Below are positions 37,723 to 48,084 of a stretch of 64,000 bases of DNA, in pieces (position 1 is the stretch's first letter; every line of letters begins with the position of its first letter). The DNA comes from Micavibrio sp. (GTDB taxonomy: Bacteria > Pseudomonadota > Alphaproteobacteria > Micavibrionales > Micavibrionaceae), in the NCBI GenBank assembly GCA_044238965.1, contig JBIICJ010000001.1, forward strand, positions 2,089-66,088, written 5' to 3'. Under the pieces are notes generated by a model. That model ran no database searches. It was not told where the DNA came from and saw only the letters and a list, made by a program, of their open reading frames with translations. Position numbers and translations under genes: made by a program.

Positions 37723-38501
37723 ATGAACTTGAGACATTTCTCACAACTGGTGTTTTTTCGTTTCTATTAACCTTCGTGCGTGTGGGCACGATCATTATGA
37801 TCATGCCAGGGATCAGTAATACCTATGTACCTACACCTGTCAGGTTATTGTTTTCACTTGGGTTGACGTTGGTGATGGCCCCTTTTGTAAACCGATTTTT
37901 ACCTGCCGAAATTCCCGCATCAAATATATTATTTGTCATGTTAACAGTTGAATTCTTAATTGGCGCATTTATTGGAACCATAGCCCGCGTTTTAATAGCT
38001 GCGTTAGATACTGCTGGTATGATTGTTTCAACACAATCATCCCTTGCCAATGCTCAATTATTTAATCCTGCCTTTGCTTCACAAGGATCGATCATTGGAT
38101 CTTTTTTAACCTTAACGGGTATTTTGTTGTTGTTCACGACAGATTTATATCATTTCTTATTAATTGGAATTTTGCGCAGTTACGAGATTTTCCCCATCGG
38201 GGTTATGCCTGATATTTCAGATCTCACAAAAACAATGATAGATGCTGTTGCTGCATCATTTATGGTGGGAATTCAAATTACCGCGCCATTTTTGATTATT
38301 ATTTTAATCATGTATGTATCAATGGCTGTTATGTCGAAATTAATGCCAGCGGTGCAAGTATTTATGATCGCAATCCCTTTGCAAATTTTATTGTCGCTCT
38401 TTATCCTCATGGGTGTTGTTTCCGCCATGATGCTGGTGTGGTTAGGACAATATGAGCAAGGTATGAGTTTATTCACCTTTATTGGCGATGCAAAGGGATA
38501 G
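37719..38501 (+). CDS. fliR: Flagellar export apparatus protein FliR
   Basis: 260-aa polytopic membrane protein. There is an ATGA overlap with fliQ, and the gene lies between fliQ and flhB. Confidence 0.9.
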   Translation: MNELETFLTTGVFSFLLTFVRVGTIIMIMPGISNTYVPTPVRLLFSLGLTLVMAPFVNRFLPAEIPASNILFVMLTVEFLIGAFIGTIARVLIAALDTAGMIVSTQSSLANAQLFNPAFASQGSIIGSFLTLTGILLLFTTDLYHFLLIGILRSYEIFPIGVMPDISDLTKTMIDAVAASFMVGIQITAPFLIIILIMYVSMAVMSKLMPAVQVFMIAIPLQILLSLFILMGVVSAMMLVWLGQYEQGMSLFTFIGDAKG

Positions 38502-38504
38502 ATC

Positions 38505-39593
38505 ATGTCAGAAGGTCAAAACGAAGACGATTCCTCAAAAACCGAAGACCCTTCCCAGAAAAAATTAGAGGATGCACGCCAAAAAGGACAGGTGGCACAA
38601 TCCAAAGAAATGGGAATGTGGATTGTCCTATTAATGGTGACATTAATCATCGCGGTGGGATCTGGGCCTTTGTTCACGGCCATGAATGAATATTTGCGCG
38701 GATATTTCGAACGCGCAGGGCAAATGCCAACGGGTATTGGCGGTATTGCATCCATCTTAACTGATATGTTTTTGAAAACATTAGGGTTTGTGGCAATACC
38801 ATTTATCTTATTAATGGTGGCGTCATATTTAGGAACATTTGTACAAATTGGTTTCTTAATCGCACCCGAAGTTATTAAACCTGAATTCTCAAAAATTTCG
38901 ATCTTCAAAGGTTTCAAACGATTATTTTCCATGAAATCAATCGTGGAGTTAATCAAAGGTATTGTAAAATTAGTTGTTGTAGGCATTGTGACTTATGTAT
39001 TAATTCAGCCTTATTTTGCAGGCATTGAGCACACGGTAAATCAAACAATGGGTGTGTTGCTTGAGGATATTTATACGCTTACCATTAAAGTTTTGCTCGG
39101 TATCTTGATTGTTTTATTTTTTATGGCGCTTGCTGATTTATTGTACCAGCGATGGGAATTTAACAAACAAATGCGCATGACCAAGCAAGAAGTCAAAGAC
39201 GAATATAAACAAACCGAGGGTGATCCATACGTTAAAGGTAAATTAAAACAAATGCGTATGGATAAGGCGCGTATCCGTATGATGGCGAACGTGCCCAAGG
39301 CCGATGTGATTATCACCAACCCGACGCACTTTGCGATTGCCCTGAAATATGATCCTGAAAAATCTGATGCGCCAACTGTGATTGCCAAGGGGGTTGATGA
39401 ACTTGCGCTTCGCATTCGTGAAGTTGCTAAGGAACATGATATTATTATCTATGAAAATCCACCACTTGCGCGGTCATTATATGATCTGGTTGATTTAGAT
39501 GAAGCCATTCCCCAAGAATTATATAAGGCAGTGGCCGAGGTTATCACCTTCGTTTATCAGAAAAAGGGCAAACTGAAACCGCGAACGACTTAA
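38505..39593 (+). CDS. flhB: Flagellar export switch protein FlhB
   Basis: EDPSQKKLEDARQKGQVAQSKE at the N-terminus, four TM segments, MTKQEVKDEYKQTEGDPYVKG, and the NPTH autocleavage site in VIITNPTHFAIAL. Confidence 0.95.
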   Translation: MSEGQNEDDSSKTEDPSQKKLEDARQKGQVAQSKEMGMWIVLLMVTLIIAVGSGPLFTAMNEYLRGYFERAGQMPTGIGGIASILTDMFLKTLGFVAIPFILLMVASYLGTFVQIGFLIAPEVIKPEFSKISIFKGFKRLFSMKSIVELIKGIVKLVVVGIVTYVLIQPYFAGIEHTVNQTMGVLLEDIYTLTIKVLLGILIVLFFMALADLLYQRWEFNKQMRMTKQEVKDEYKQTEGDPYVKGKLKQMRMDKARIRMMANVPKADVIITNPTHFAIALKYDPEKSDAPTVIAKGVDELALRIREVAKEHDIIIYENPPLARSLYDLVDLDEAIPQELYKAVAEVITFVYQKKGKLKPRTT

Positions 39594-39648
39594 AAGAGAT
39601 TGGCGAACAGGGGTTTAAAAACCTGCGTGAATCTGGCAATCTAAAGAT

Positions 39649-42165
39649 ATGTCAACGCACCATCCTTTTACATCGAAACAGTCTGTTATTAAACCATCTC
39701 ACTATCTGGCTGGTTTTGAAAAACCACAATGGGGCATTGGTGCCATCATCTTTCTGGCCTTCACGTATATCTTGTTCTGCTTGTCGATTTTCTTATTTTT
39801 TGATTTGCCGCCCTCAATTAAAATTGTCTTATTATTGTTGGTAACAGGTGGATTAATCGGCGGGTTTGCACTTCATCATGTGATGCATGTGTTCGGAGGG
39901 CATGAAAAAGAAAAAAATCTCCTCAAAGAAATTTTGGAAAGCACCAAAGTTGCGCGCGTAATTACAGATGCCAGTCAATCAATAGTATTATTCAATCATA
40001 AATTCAGATCAATGATGCCTGATTTCATGTCGGCCAAGTTAGATCAAATTTGGGCAGGGTTAAACATCCCCGATGATTTTATCGAAGGTCTTCGTAATGT
40101 GGCAGAGGAGGCTGATCGCGGTCTCTCATCCCACATTGATGTCAAAATTAATCGTCATGATTATAATCAATGGTTGCGTATTCATGCTGAACCACTTGCT
40201 AATTTCGCAGGTCATATTGATTGGCATATCGAGGATATCACCGATGATTTTGAACGCAGCCGCGCCGTGCGCGAGGAGCGCGAAAAATTAATTGATTTTA
40301 CCGACAATGCGCCCGTTGGGTTTTTCTCGGTTGATGAAAATGGAAAATTTGTATTTGTAAATGCAACATTGGCGCGGTGGGTTGGCACTGATTTACAAAT
40401 GATTTTGCAATCAGGAAAATTACACAATTATTTGCTCAATCCGCCTACCAAAGCTAATCCTTATGATATTGTTGATTTTGGTGGTGCGCGTCAAATCGCC
40501 GAGGTGCAATTAAAAGGTCACGGCGGAAAAATTGTACCCGCGTCAATTAATCAAATTGTGGTGGTGGAGGATTCGGGGCGCGTGCGCACGCGCGCGGTTG
40601 TGCATGATTTGACATCAGAACGCGCGATGATCGAAGCATTAGAAGAATCCGAAGATCGTTTCCGTCGTTTTTTCGAAGAAGCCCCTTTGGGTATTGCGAT
40701 TATCAATGCCGATATGATTGTGGCGGATTGCAATTCATCACTCGCCCACATGCTGGGGAAATCGCGCAAAGAAACCGAAGATAAATCATTTGCTGAATTA
40801 ATCGATAAAGATGATTGGGCGCACGTATCCGAAGTGTTGCGCCGTATTCAAAATGGCGAATCAATGCAAGATGTGGCGGAAATTCGTTTATGGTCGGAAA
40901 AAGATAAGGTTACTGTGCCCGCGCGTATGTATGCACGTCGTTTCCGTGATAATAATAATGTTGTCCTTCACTTTATTGATTTAACGCAACAGAAAAATTT
41001 AGAAACACAATTTATTCAATCGCAAAAAATGCAAGCGATTGGTCAATTGGCGGGCGGTATTGCGCATGATTTTAATAATTTGCTGACCGCCATTATTGGT
41101 TTTTGTGATTTGTTATTGCTGCGCCATAAACCAGGTGATCCATCATTCGGTGATATTCAACAAATCAAACAAAATTCAAATCGTGCGGCGAATTTGGTGC
41201 GTCAATTGTTGGCGTTTTCGCGTCAACAAACATTACGTCCAAAGGTACAAGATGTCACCGATATTTTAACAGAACTTGCGCATTTAATGCGCCGTTTATT
41301 GGGCGCGAATATTGAATTGAAACTTGTTCACGGCGATAATCTGGGGTTTATTAAGGTTGATGGCGGGCAAATGGAGCAAGTGCTTGTTAATATGGCGGTG
41401 AATGCACGCGATGCGATGAGTATGAATGGCGGCGCCAATAATGGAACGCTCACCATCACCACATCGCATTTCACCAATCGCGAATCTCAACAATGTTGCG
41501 GTGATATTATGCCCGCGGGACATTGGGTGCGTATTGATGTGACCGATACAGGGTGCGGCATCGCTCCTGAAAATATGAATCGTATTCTCGAGCCATTTTT
41601 TACCACCAAAGATGTGGGGCAGGGTACAGGTTTAGGGCTTGCCACCGTATACGGTATCATCCGTCAAACGGGCGGTTATTTAGGCCTTGAAAGTACGGTT
41701 GGTGTTGGCACAACATTCAGTGTCTATTTACCGCGCCTCACTGAACTTGAGCCCGAAGATGTGGTACAAAAAGAAAATGTGGAAGATACCGTATCTGATC
41801 TCACAGGTACCGCGCGTATTTTATTGGTTGAGGACGAAGACGCCGTGCGCGCTTTCTCATCCCGAGCGCTCACGAACAAGGGATACGAAGTTGTCACGGC
41901 CGAAAGTGGTGAGGCGGGATGGACAGTCTTTTCTGAACTCACCAAACCAATTGATCTGATGATCACCGATGTGATTATGCCTGGCATGGATGGCCCAACA
42001 CTCGTCAAAAAAATTCGTGAGGTGAATCCAACACTCAAAATTATTTTTATCTCAGGTTATACAGAGGAAAAATTAAAAGATTATATGGGCGATGGCATTT
42101 ACTTCCTGCCGAAACCCTTCTCGCTTAAGCAATTGGCGGCAAAGGTAAAGGAAGTGATGGGGTAA
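39649..42165 (+). CDS. cckA: Hybrid sensor histidine kinase, CckA-like (2 TM, PAS, PAS, HisKA, HATPase, receiver)
   Basis: H-box QKMQAIGQLAGGIAHDFNNLLTAIIGFCDLLLLRH. NMAVNARDAM is the N-box, DTGCGI the G1 box and GTGLGLATVYG the G2 box. The C-terminal receiver has ILLVEDEDAVR and DLMITDVIMPGMDG. The cckA orthology is inferred from architecture. Confidence 0.6.
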   Translation: MSTHHPFTSKQSVIKPSHYLAGFEKPQWGIGAIIFLAFTYILFCLSIFLFFDLPPSIKIVLLLLVTGGLIGGFALHHVMHVFGGHEKEKNLLKEILESTKVARVITDASQSIVLFNHKFRSMMPDFMSAKLDQIWAGLNIPDDFIEGLRNVAEEADRGLSSHIDVKINRHDYNQWLRIHAEPLANFAGHIDWHIEDITDDFERSRAVREEREKLIDFTDNAPVGFFSVDENGKFVFVNATLARWVGTDLQMILQSGKLHNYLLNPPTKANPYDIVDFGGARQIAEVQLKGHGGKIVPASINQIVVVEDSGRVRTRAVVHDLTSERAMIEALEESEDRFRRFFEEAPLGIAIINADMIVADCNSSLAHMLGKSRKETEDKSFAELIDKDDWAHVSEVLRRIQNGESMQDVAEIRLWSEKDKVTVPARMYARRFRDNNNVVLHFIDLTQQKNLETQFIQSQKMQAIGQLAGGIAHDFNNLLTAIIGFCDLLLLRHKPGDPSFGDIQQIKQNSNRAANLVRQLLAFSRQQTLRPKVQDVTDILTELAHLMRRLLGANIELKLVHGDNLGFIKVDGGQMEQVLVNMAVNARDAMSMNGGANNGTLTITTSHFTNRESQQCCGDIMPAGHWVRIDVTDTGCGIAPENMNRILEPFFTTKDVGQGTGLGLATVYGIIRQTGGYLGLESTVGVGTTFSVYLPRLTELEPEDVVQKENVEDTVSDLTGTARILLVEDEDAVRAFSSRALTNKGYEVVTAESGEAGWTVFSELTKPIDLMITDVIMPGMDGPTLVKKIREVNPTLKIIFISGYTEEKLKDYMGDGIYFLPKPFSLKQLAAKVKEVMG

Positions 42166-42187
42166 TAATTCTGTAAAATAAAAACAT

Positions 42188-42202
42188 GTTCTTTTTTTGT
42201 TC
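42188..42202. promoter_or_regulatory. Alphaproteobacterial LexA (SOS) box GTTC-N7-GTTC upstream of recA
   Basis: The sequence is GTTCtttttttGTTC, immediately upstream of the putative recA -35. Confidence 0.65.
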
Positions 42203-42209
42203 TTTTCTG

Positions 42210-42237
42210 TTGACGATAGGAACAAACCATGTACAAT
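42210..42237 (+). promoter_or_regulatory. Putative sigma70 promoter of recA
   Basis: TTGACG (42210-42215), 16-nt spacer, TACAAT (42232-42237). Confidence 0.55.
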
Positions 42238-42324
42238 CATAATATAGATGTTGATGAAACGTTGGAAATCTTAGGAAAATATAGACTTGTCTAACGATTC
42301 GGGACGATAAAGAAGGAGAACATA

Positions 42325-43473
42325 ATGACCGTTACACCATTCAAAGGAGCCGACATGGACACAAAATCACCCGCGGAAAAAAACAAGGCATTAGACGCAG
42401 CCTTGCAACAAATTGAACGCGCCTTTGGGAAGGGTTCGGTCATGAAACTGTCGGGTCAAAATGCCCAAATGGAAGTCGAGGCGATTTCAACGGGCTCTCT
42501 TGGTTTGGATATTGCTCTCGGTATTGGCGGTGTGCCGCGCGGTCGTATCATTGAAATTTTCGGCCCTGAATCATCAGGGAAAACAACATTGGCATTACAA
42601 ATTATTGCCGAGGCACAAAAATCAGGTGGAACATGCGCGATCATTGATGCGGAACATGCGCTTGATCCTGGATACGCCAGAAAATTAGGTTGTGATTTAG
42701 ACTCTCTTTTAATCTCGCAACCTGATGCAGGCGAACAGGCTTTGGAAATCGCGGATACATTGGTTCGGTCTGGTGCGCTTGATGTATTGGTAGTGGATTC
42801 AGTTGCGGCACTGGTACCACGCGCAGAGCTTGAGGGTGAAATGGGCGACAGCCACATGGGCCTTCATGCGCGTTTAATGTCACAGGCTTTGCGCAAATTA
42901 ACGGGATCAATTTCACGTTCACGCACGGTTGTTATTTTCATCAACCAAATTCGTATGAAAATTGGTGTGATGTTCGGATCACCTGAAACAACCACAGGCG
43001 GTAATGCGTTGAAATTTTATGCATCAGTTCGTTTAGATATCCGCCGCATTGGCGCGATCAAGGATAAAGAAACTGTGGTCGGTAACCAAACACGTGTCAA
43101 AGTTGTTAAAAACAAAATGGCACCCCCTTTCCGTCAGGTTGATTTCGACATCATGTATGGTGAGGGTATCTCCAAAATGGGCGAATTGATTGATTTGGGC
43201 GTGCAAGGTAACTTGGTTGAAAAATCAGGTGCTTGGTTTGCCTATGATGGTCAACGGATTGGTCAGGGTCGCGAAAATGCAAAACAATTTATGCGGGATA
43301 ACCCAGAACTTGCGAAAAAGCTTGAGGCGGAAATCCGCAAGAAATCAATGGCCGTTGCTGATGCGATGTTAGCAGGGCCAGAGGGGGACGAGGCTACGGA
43401 AGCGGCTTTGGAACCAAATGATGAAATTGTGGCTGATGACGCCCCAAAATCAAAGGCGAAGAAGTCCGCTTAA
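42325..43473 (+). CDS. recA: Recombinase RecA
   Basis: Contains [34 protein letters not shown] (Walker A) and [43 protein letters not shown] is present. Confidence 0.97.
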   Translation: MTVTPFKGADMDTKSPAEKNKALDAALQQIERAFGKGSVMKLSGQNAQMEVEAISTGSLGLDIALGIGGVPRGRIIEIFGPESSGKTTLALQIIAEAQKSGGTCAIIDAEHALDPGYARKLGCDLDSLLISQPDAGEQALEIADTLVRSGALDVLVVDSVAALVPRAELEGEMGDSHMGLHARLMSQALRKLTGSISRSRTVVIFINQIRMKIGVMFGSPETTTGGNALKFYASVRLDIRRIGAIKDKETVVGNQTRVKVVKNKMAPPFRQVDFDIMYGEGISKMGELIDLGVQGNLVEKSGAWFAYDGQRIGQGRENAKQFMRDNPELAKKLEAEIRKKSMAVADAMLAGPEGDEATEAALEPNDEIVADDAPKSKAKKSA

Positions 43474-43510
43474 GATCCCCATCTTAGAAAATCTTCTCCT
43501 GTTTGAAAGA

Positions 43511-43551
43511 ATATCTGCAAGTTATCTCCCATACTTGCAGATATTTTTTTG
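43511..43551 (+). terminator. Intrinsic terminator after recA
   Basis: ATATCTGCAAGT-(10 nt)-ACTTGCAGATAT forms a perfect 12-bp stem and is followed by TTTTTTT. Confidence 0.8.
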
Positions 43552-43568
43552 TCTGATAGCATAAAAAT

Positions 43569-44036
43569 ATGACATCTGGGCAAGACATTAACATTAGACC
43601 AATTCAGAAATCTGATATTCTTTTAGTTAAAAAAATGATGGATGAATTGCATTTATTTCATGGTAAAATGATCAAAACATCCACAAAGCGGATTATAGAT
43701 GGTTGTTTCGAATCAAAATTAACACAGGGTTTTGTTGTTGAGCATAAGTCAAAGTGTATAGGGTTTAGTTTTGGCTATGATGTGATGAATTATATTCAGT
43801 CAGAGCGCTGTCATTTTATTGACTATTTTTTTATCAAGGAAAAATATAGATCAATCGGTTATGGGCAAGCATTATTGAATTATGTGATAACATCTGCACA
43901 AAAACGTGATTGTGGTTTGATATATGTGACGGCTTCAAAACACAATCAAGACGCTAATTCTTTTTATAAAAAATGTGGATTTAAACGACACATTTCGAAA
44001 TTAAATAAATATGTTTTAGAAATTCCACGTAATTAA
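43569..44036 (+). CDS. GNAT-family N-acetyltransferase
   Basis: 155 aa. IKEKYRSIGYGQALLNYV fits the acetyl-CoA binding motif A (R/Q-x-x-G-x-G/A), and ANSFYKKCGF lies near the C-terminus. The gene is AT-rich. Confidence 0.7.
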   Translation: MTSGQDINIRPIQKSDILLVKKMMDELHLFHGKMIKTSTKRIIDGCFESKLTQGFVVEHKSKCIGFSFGYDVMNYIQSERCHFIDYFFIKEKYRSIGYGQALLNYVITSAQKRDCGLIYVTASKHNQDANSFYKKCGFKRHISKLNKYVLEIPRN

Positions 44037-44040
44037 TTAA

Positions 44041-44541
44041 TTAATCTTTTTGATTGCCACGTAGCACGCGAGATTTTTCTCGATTCCAGTCGCGCTCTTT
44101 AATTGTTTCGCGCTTATCATGTGCTTTTTTCCCTTTGGCAAGGGCAATCTCACATTTAGCGATACCGCGTGCATTAAAAAATATTTTAACTGGAACCAAT
44201 GTATAGCCTTCAATTTTAATGCGCCCCATTAATTTATTAATTTCACGACGATGGAGTAATAATTTTCGTGGGCGGGTTGGCGTATGCTGTAAATGAATGC
44301 CTGCGGCTCCATAGGGAGCAATCGTACACCCATGTAAATAAATATCGCCGCGTTTGGCAATCGCGTGCGCTTCGGCTAACGAGCATTGGCCGTGACGCAA
44401 TGATTTTACTTCTGTACCCGTTAACATGATGCCAGCTTCAAAAAACTCTTCTAAAAAATATTCAAATCTAGCCTTGCGATTTTCGGCAATCGTTACATTG
44501 GTATTTAACAATTCTTTTTTTGTTGATTTCGCCTTAGCCAT
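44041..44541 (-). CDS. smpB: SsrA-binding protein SmpB
   Basis: Contains IAENRKARFEYFLEEFFEAGIMLTGTEVKSLR, RKLLLHRREINKL and GKKAHDKRETIKERDW. Confidence 0.95.
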   Translation of the reverse strand: MAKAKSTKKELLNTNVTIAENRKARFEYFLEEFFEAGIMLTGTEVKSLRHGQCSLAEAHAIAKRGDIYLHGCTIAPYGAAGIHLQHTPTRPRKLLLHRREINKLMGRIKIEGYTLVPVKIFFNARGIAKCEIALAKGKKAHDKRETIKERDWNREKSRVLRGNQKD

Positions 44542-45469
44542 AGTTTTTTATTTGTGATGTTGCAGCATCGTTATTTTGTTTTTCTGGCAAATTTTTTAAT
44601 AATTCGTCTATGTGCACGCGCGTTTCGGTTGTTGCAGGAATTAATGGCAAACGCATATCATCGCGTCCAAATCCCAAACGATGACAGGCATATTTTACAG
44701 GAGTTGGTGATGATTCTATGAATAAGCCTTTGTTCCACGGGTTAAGAATAGATAACAACATATCTGTGGTCACATCATCATTTGCCATGATAGCTTTATA
44801 TAAGGCCATGCATTCTGCTGGTAAAACATTTGATGTCACAGAAATGCATCCATGACCGCCTTCTTTCATATAACTGGCGGCGGCATAATCATCACCACAC
44901 AATAATACAAAATCATCTTTTACTTTATCTTGAATTGGTTTTACGCGCGTAATTTCACCTGTTGCATCTTTGAGGCCAATAATACGCGGTAACTCAGCAA
45001 GTCGTAATGTTGTTTCAACAGATAAATCAACATTGGTGCGCCCAGGTACATTGTATAATATAATCGGAAGGTTGGTGGCATCATGAATGGCTTTGAAATG
45101 TTGATAGACACCTTCTTGCGTAGGACGATTATAATAGGGCGTGACGATGAGCGCAGAATCAGCGCCCGCAGCTTCTGCAATTTTGGTACATTCAATTGTA
45201 TAGCCTGTATCATTTGAGCCAGTACCTGCAATTACGGGAACATAACGATCAGTTTTGTGGCCATCACGCACAGAGACCGTTGCGCGAAATAAATCACCCA
45301 TTTCAGCAGGGGTCAGGGTTGGCCCTTCACCCGTTGTGCCGCAAGGAACAAGACCAGATATCCCGTTTTCAATTTGCCAGTTAACAAATGTTTCAAAAGC
45401 CTGTAAATCCACTTTGCCGTTGGCAAAAGGAGTGATAAGAGCTGTAATATAACCTTTATAGAGAGACAT
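44534..45469 (-). CDS. dapA: 4-hydroxy-tetrahydrodipicolinate synthase DapA
   Basis: The ATG at 45469 gives MSLYKGYITALITPFANGKVD. Also contains GLVPCGTTGEGPTLT, YYNRPTQEG and GLKDATG. Confidence 0.93.
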   Translation of the reverse strand: MSLYKGYITALITPFANGKVDLQAFETFVNWQIENGISGLVPCGTTGEGPTLTPAEMGDLFRATVSVRDGHKTDRYVPVIAGTGSNDTGYTIECTKIAEAAGADSALIVTPYYNRPTQEGVYQHFKAIHDATNLPIILYNVPGRTNVDLSVETTLRLAELPRIIGLKDATGEITRVKPIQDKVKDDFVLLCGDDYAAASYMKEGGHGCISVTSNVLPAECMALYKAIMANDDVTTDMLLSILNPWNKGLFIESSPTPVKYACHRLGFGRDDMRLPLIPATTETRVHIDELLKNLPEKQNNDAATSQIKNYG

Positions 45470-45470
45470 A

Positions 45471-47372
45471 ATGAAATATTTACTAGGTTCTAAACCATTT
45501 GTCACCTTATTATTATTTTTTTCCCTGATTTTATTGACAAATCAGGCCAGTGCTGACTCATCACAAGTTTTAAAAGCCATCTCAAATAAAAACTGGTCTC
45601 AGGCACGGACGATGTTAGCATCTGAGCGTGACCCAACTCTCAATTCACTTTATGAATATTTTTTATACACTGATAATTCGGTACGGGTGCCATTTGCTTC
45701 AGTCATGTCATTTTTACGCCGCCACCCGCATTGGCCAGATCAAAATAGAATAAAAATGACTGCAGAGCGTAATATAGCGGCAGGCGATGATAAAAATTTA
45801 GTTGCATCATATTTTTCAACGCAATCACCATTAACGGGCGAAGGTATTATCGCCTATGCCGCTATGATGGGTACCAGCGGACAATTCTCTGCTGTATTAA
45901 ATAAATCATGGGTTGATGCTGATATAACATCTGATGTTCAACAAAGAATATTTAAATCATACGGTCAACTCATATCACGCACCGCGCATGAACGCCGTTT
46001 AGATAATTTATTGTTTAAAGACCAATCTTCACGTGCGCGCGCCTTGGCATCATTGTTGGGTAACGGTTATCCTGAGTTAGTTGAAGCCCGTTTAATGTTG
46101 GCCAAAGATTCAAACAATGCAGAACAATATTTGGCACGTGTGCCCGCCAATTTACAAAAAAATGCTGGTTTATTATATGAGCGTTTAAGGTGGCGCAGGC
46201 GTAATGATATGAATGACGGTGCCGTTCAAATTTTGCAAATTCAACCAAATGCATCAGAAATATCAAATATCGAAGATTGGTGGAAAGAGCGCAATATACT
46301 TATCCGTCGTTATTTAGAGAATAAAAATTATTCCAAAGCGTACCAACTTGCATCAGCTCATGGATCGATGGATGGCCAAGAATATGCCGAGGCAGAATGG
46401 ATAGCAGGATGGTTATCGCTTCGTTTTTTAAATGATCCCGCGCGTGCACTGGGACATTTTCAAGCGATGCAACCCCGTATGAAAACACCAATTAGTAAAT
46501 CTAGATCATCATATTGGAGCGCGCGCGCCTTGGATAGGGCGGGGCGTAAAGATGAGGCCATAAAATGGTATCAATACGCAGCGCAATTCCCACGCGCTTA
46601 TTACGGCCAATTAGCCGCAAAGCATTTGAATCAGCCATTGGCGCGACCAGTATCAATTATAGCATCCCAAACAGATCGCAATAAGATTCAAAACTCAGAT
46701 TTAGGCCGAGCGATTATTCTGTTGGATCGTGCGGGATTAGATGGAGCACGCAATAAATTTATCAAACATTTTTCCGAACAAATTCAAACTGCTGGTGAAT
46801 TCAAAGCATTGGCTGAATTGATGATGTCGATGAAATTACCGCAAGAGGCTATAAAAGTTTCCAAAGAAGCCGCCAAAGATAATATTTTACTCAATGAGGA
46901 ATCGTATCCTGTGTTGCCATCATATTATCAACATATCACAATTGATCGTGCGTTAGCGCATGCGATCACACGTCAAGAAAGTCAATTTGATCAGGTTGTA
47001 CGCTCACCTGCCGGCGCGTTGGGATTGATGCAATTAATGCCAGCAACAGCCAGAGAAGTTGCACAAAAAAATGGCATTAACCATGAACAACAATGGCTGA
47101 CATCAAATCCACGCCATAATATAGAATTAGGTTCACTTTATTTGGCGGAATTACTTCGTCGTTTTGATGGGGCGCATCCGATGGCTATGGCGGCGTATAA
47201 TGCGGGTCCGTCACGCGTTAATGGATGGATTAAAGAATTTGGAGATCCGCGTAAGGGGGAAATTGATTGGGTGGATTGGATTGAGCTTATACCCATTTCA
47301 GAGACTCGAAACTATGTGCAACGTGTTACTGAGGGATATATGGTTTATCGAGATCAATTAGGCGTTCGCTAG
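45471..47372 (+). CDS. slt: Soluble lytic murein transglycosylase (Slt family)
   Basis: Signal peptide, a superhelical repeat region, and the catalytic motif AITRQESQFDQVVRSPAGALGLMQLMPATA...AYNAGP. Confidence 0.85.
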   Translation: MKYLLGSKPFVTLLLFFSLILLTNQASADSSQVLKAISNKNWSQARTMLASERDPTLNSLYEYFLYTDNSVRVPFASVMSFLRRHPHWPDQNRIKMTAERNIAAGDDKNLVASYFSTQSPLTGEGIIAYAAMMGTSGQFSAVLNKSWVDADITSDVQQRIFKSYGQLISRTAHERRLDNLLFKDQSSRARALASLLGNGYPELVEARLMLAKDSNNAEQYLARVPANLQKNAGLLYERLRWRRRNDMNDGAVQILQIQPNASEISNIEDWWKERNILIRRYLENKNYSKAYQLASAHGSMDGQEYAEAEWIAGWLSLRFLNDPARALGHFQAMQPRMKTPISKSRSSYWSARALDRAGRKDEAIKWYQYAAQFPRAYYGQLAAKHLNQPLARPVSIIASQTDRNKIQNSDLGRAIILLDRAGLDGARNKFIKHFSEQIQTAGEFKALAELMMSMKLPQEAIKVSKEAAKDNILLNEESYPVLPSYYQHITIDRALAHAITRQESQFDQVVRSPAGALGLMQLMPATAREVAQKNGINHEQQWLTSNPRHNIELGSLYLAELLRRFDGAHPMAMAAYNAGPSRVNGWIKEFGDPRKGEIDWVDWIELIPISETRNYVQRVTEGYMVYRDQLGVR

Positions 47373-47433
47373 ACCCGAGCATGCGTGTATATGCAGTAAT
47401 CTTTCGCTAATATTTTTAACTCATCATCATGAT

Positions 47434-48084
47434 ATGGATGATTTAAAACCAAAGACAATTATTATCGCAGATGATCATATTTTATTTCGCGACACGTTAG
47501 TGATGTATTTGTGTGCAGCAAATCCGCATTTTAAAATAATTGTGGCTGGCGATTTTTCTGAGCTTTTTTCTATCCTACATCGTAAATCAGAAAAAATTGA
47601 TCTTATGCTAGTTGATTATTCAATGCCATCAATGATGAGTCGTGATGCATTTTTAAAATTAAACAAAGATTATAACCATATCCCGATCGCTATGATGTCA
47701 GGTGTCGCGGATTTGCAGGATATAGAATTTATCAGAAAGATTGGTATAAAAGGGTATATTCCCAAAACATTATCAGCATCAAAAGTGCTGGAAGGGATTG
47801 ATCGTCTTTTATCAGGAGAATCCTTTTATAATACAAACACGCATTTATTTTCACTTTATCATGATCAGAATAATAAAGAAAATTTTACGTCACGTGAGTG
47901 TGATGTTTTGGAATTATTGGCAACGGGAGTTCCAAATAAAGAGATCGCTAATGAATTAAATTTAAAGCCTGTTACTATAAAATTATATATTCGTAATATT
48001 CTTAGAAAATTAAATTTAAAAAATAGAACACAAATAGCATTATGGGTAAGTGGAGGTATAAAAAATGAAAAGAAATATTTTTAA
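47434..48084 (+). CDS. NarL/FixJ (LuxR-type HTH) response regulator
   Basis: The receiver has IIIADDH and DLMLVDYSMPSM. The C-terminal HTH reads TSRECDVLELLATGVPNKEIANELNLKPVTIKLYIRNILRKLNLKNRTQ. Confidence 0.85.
   Translation: MDDLKPKTIIIADDHILFRDTLVMYLCAANPHFKIIVAGDFSELFSILHRKSEKIDLMLVDYSMPSMMSRDAFLKLNKDYNHIPIAMMSGVADLQDIEFIRKIGIKGYIPKTLSASKVLEGIDRLLSGESFYNTNTHLFSLYHDQNNKENFTSRECDVLELLATGVPNKEIANELNLKPVTIKLYIRNILRKLNLKNRTQIALWVSGGIKNEKKYF

Noticed and set aside
44031-44045. TAATTAATTAATTAA run between the GNAT gene and smpB
   Set aside because: It is just a short TAAT tandem that supplies stop codons for the two convergent genes. It is too short to call a repeat element or mobile-element end.
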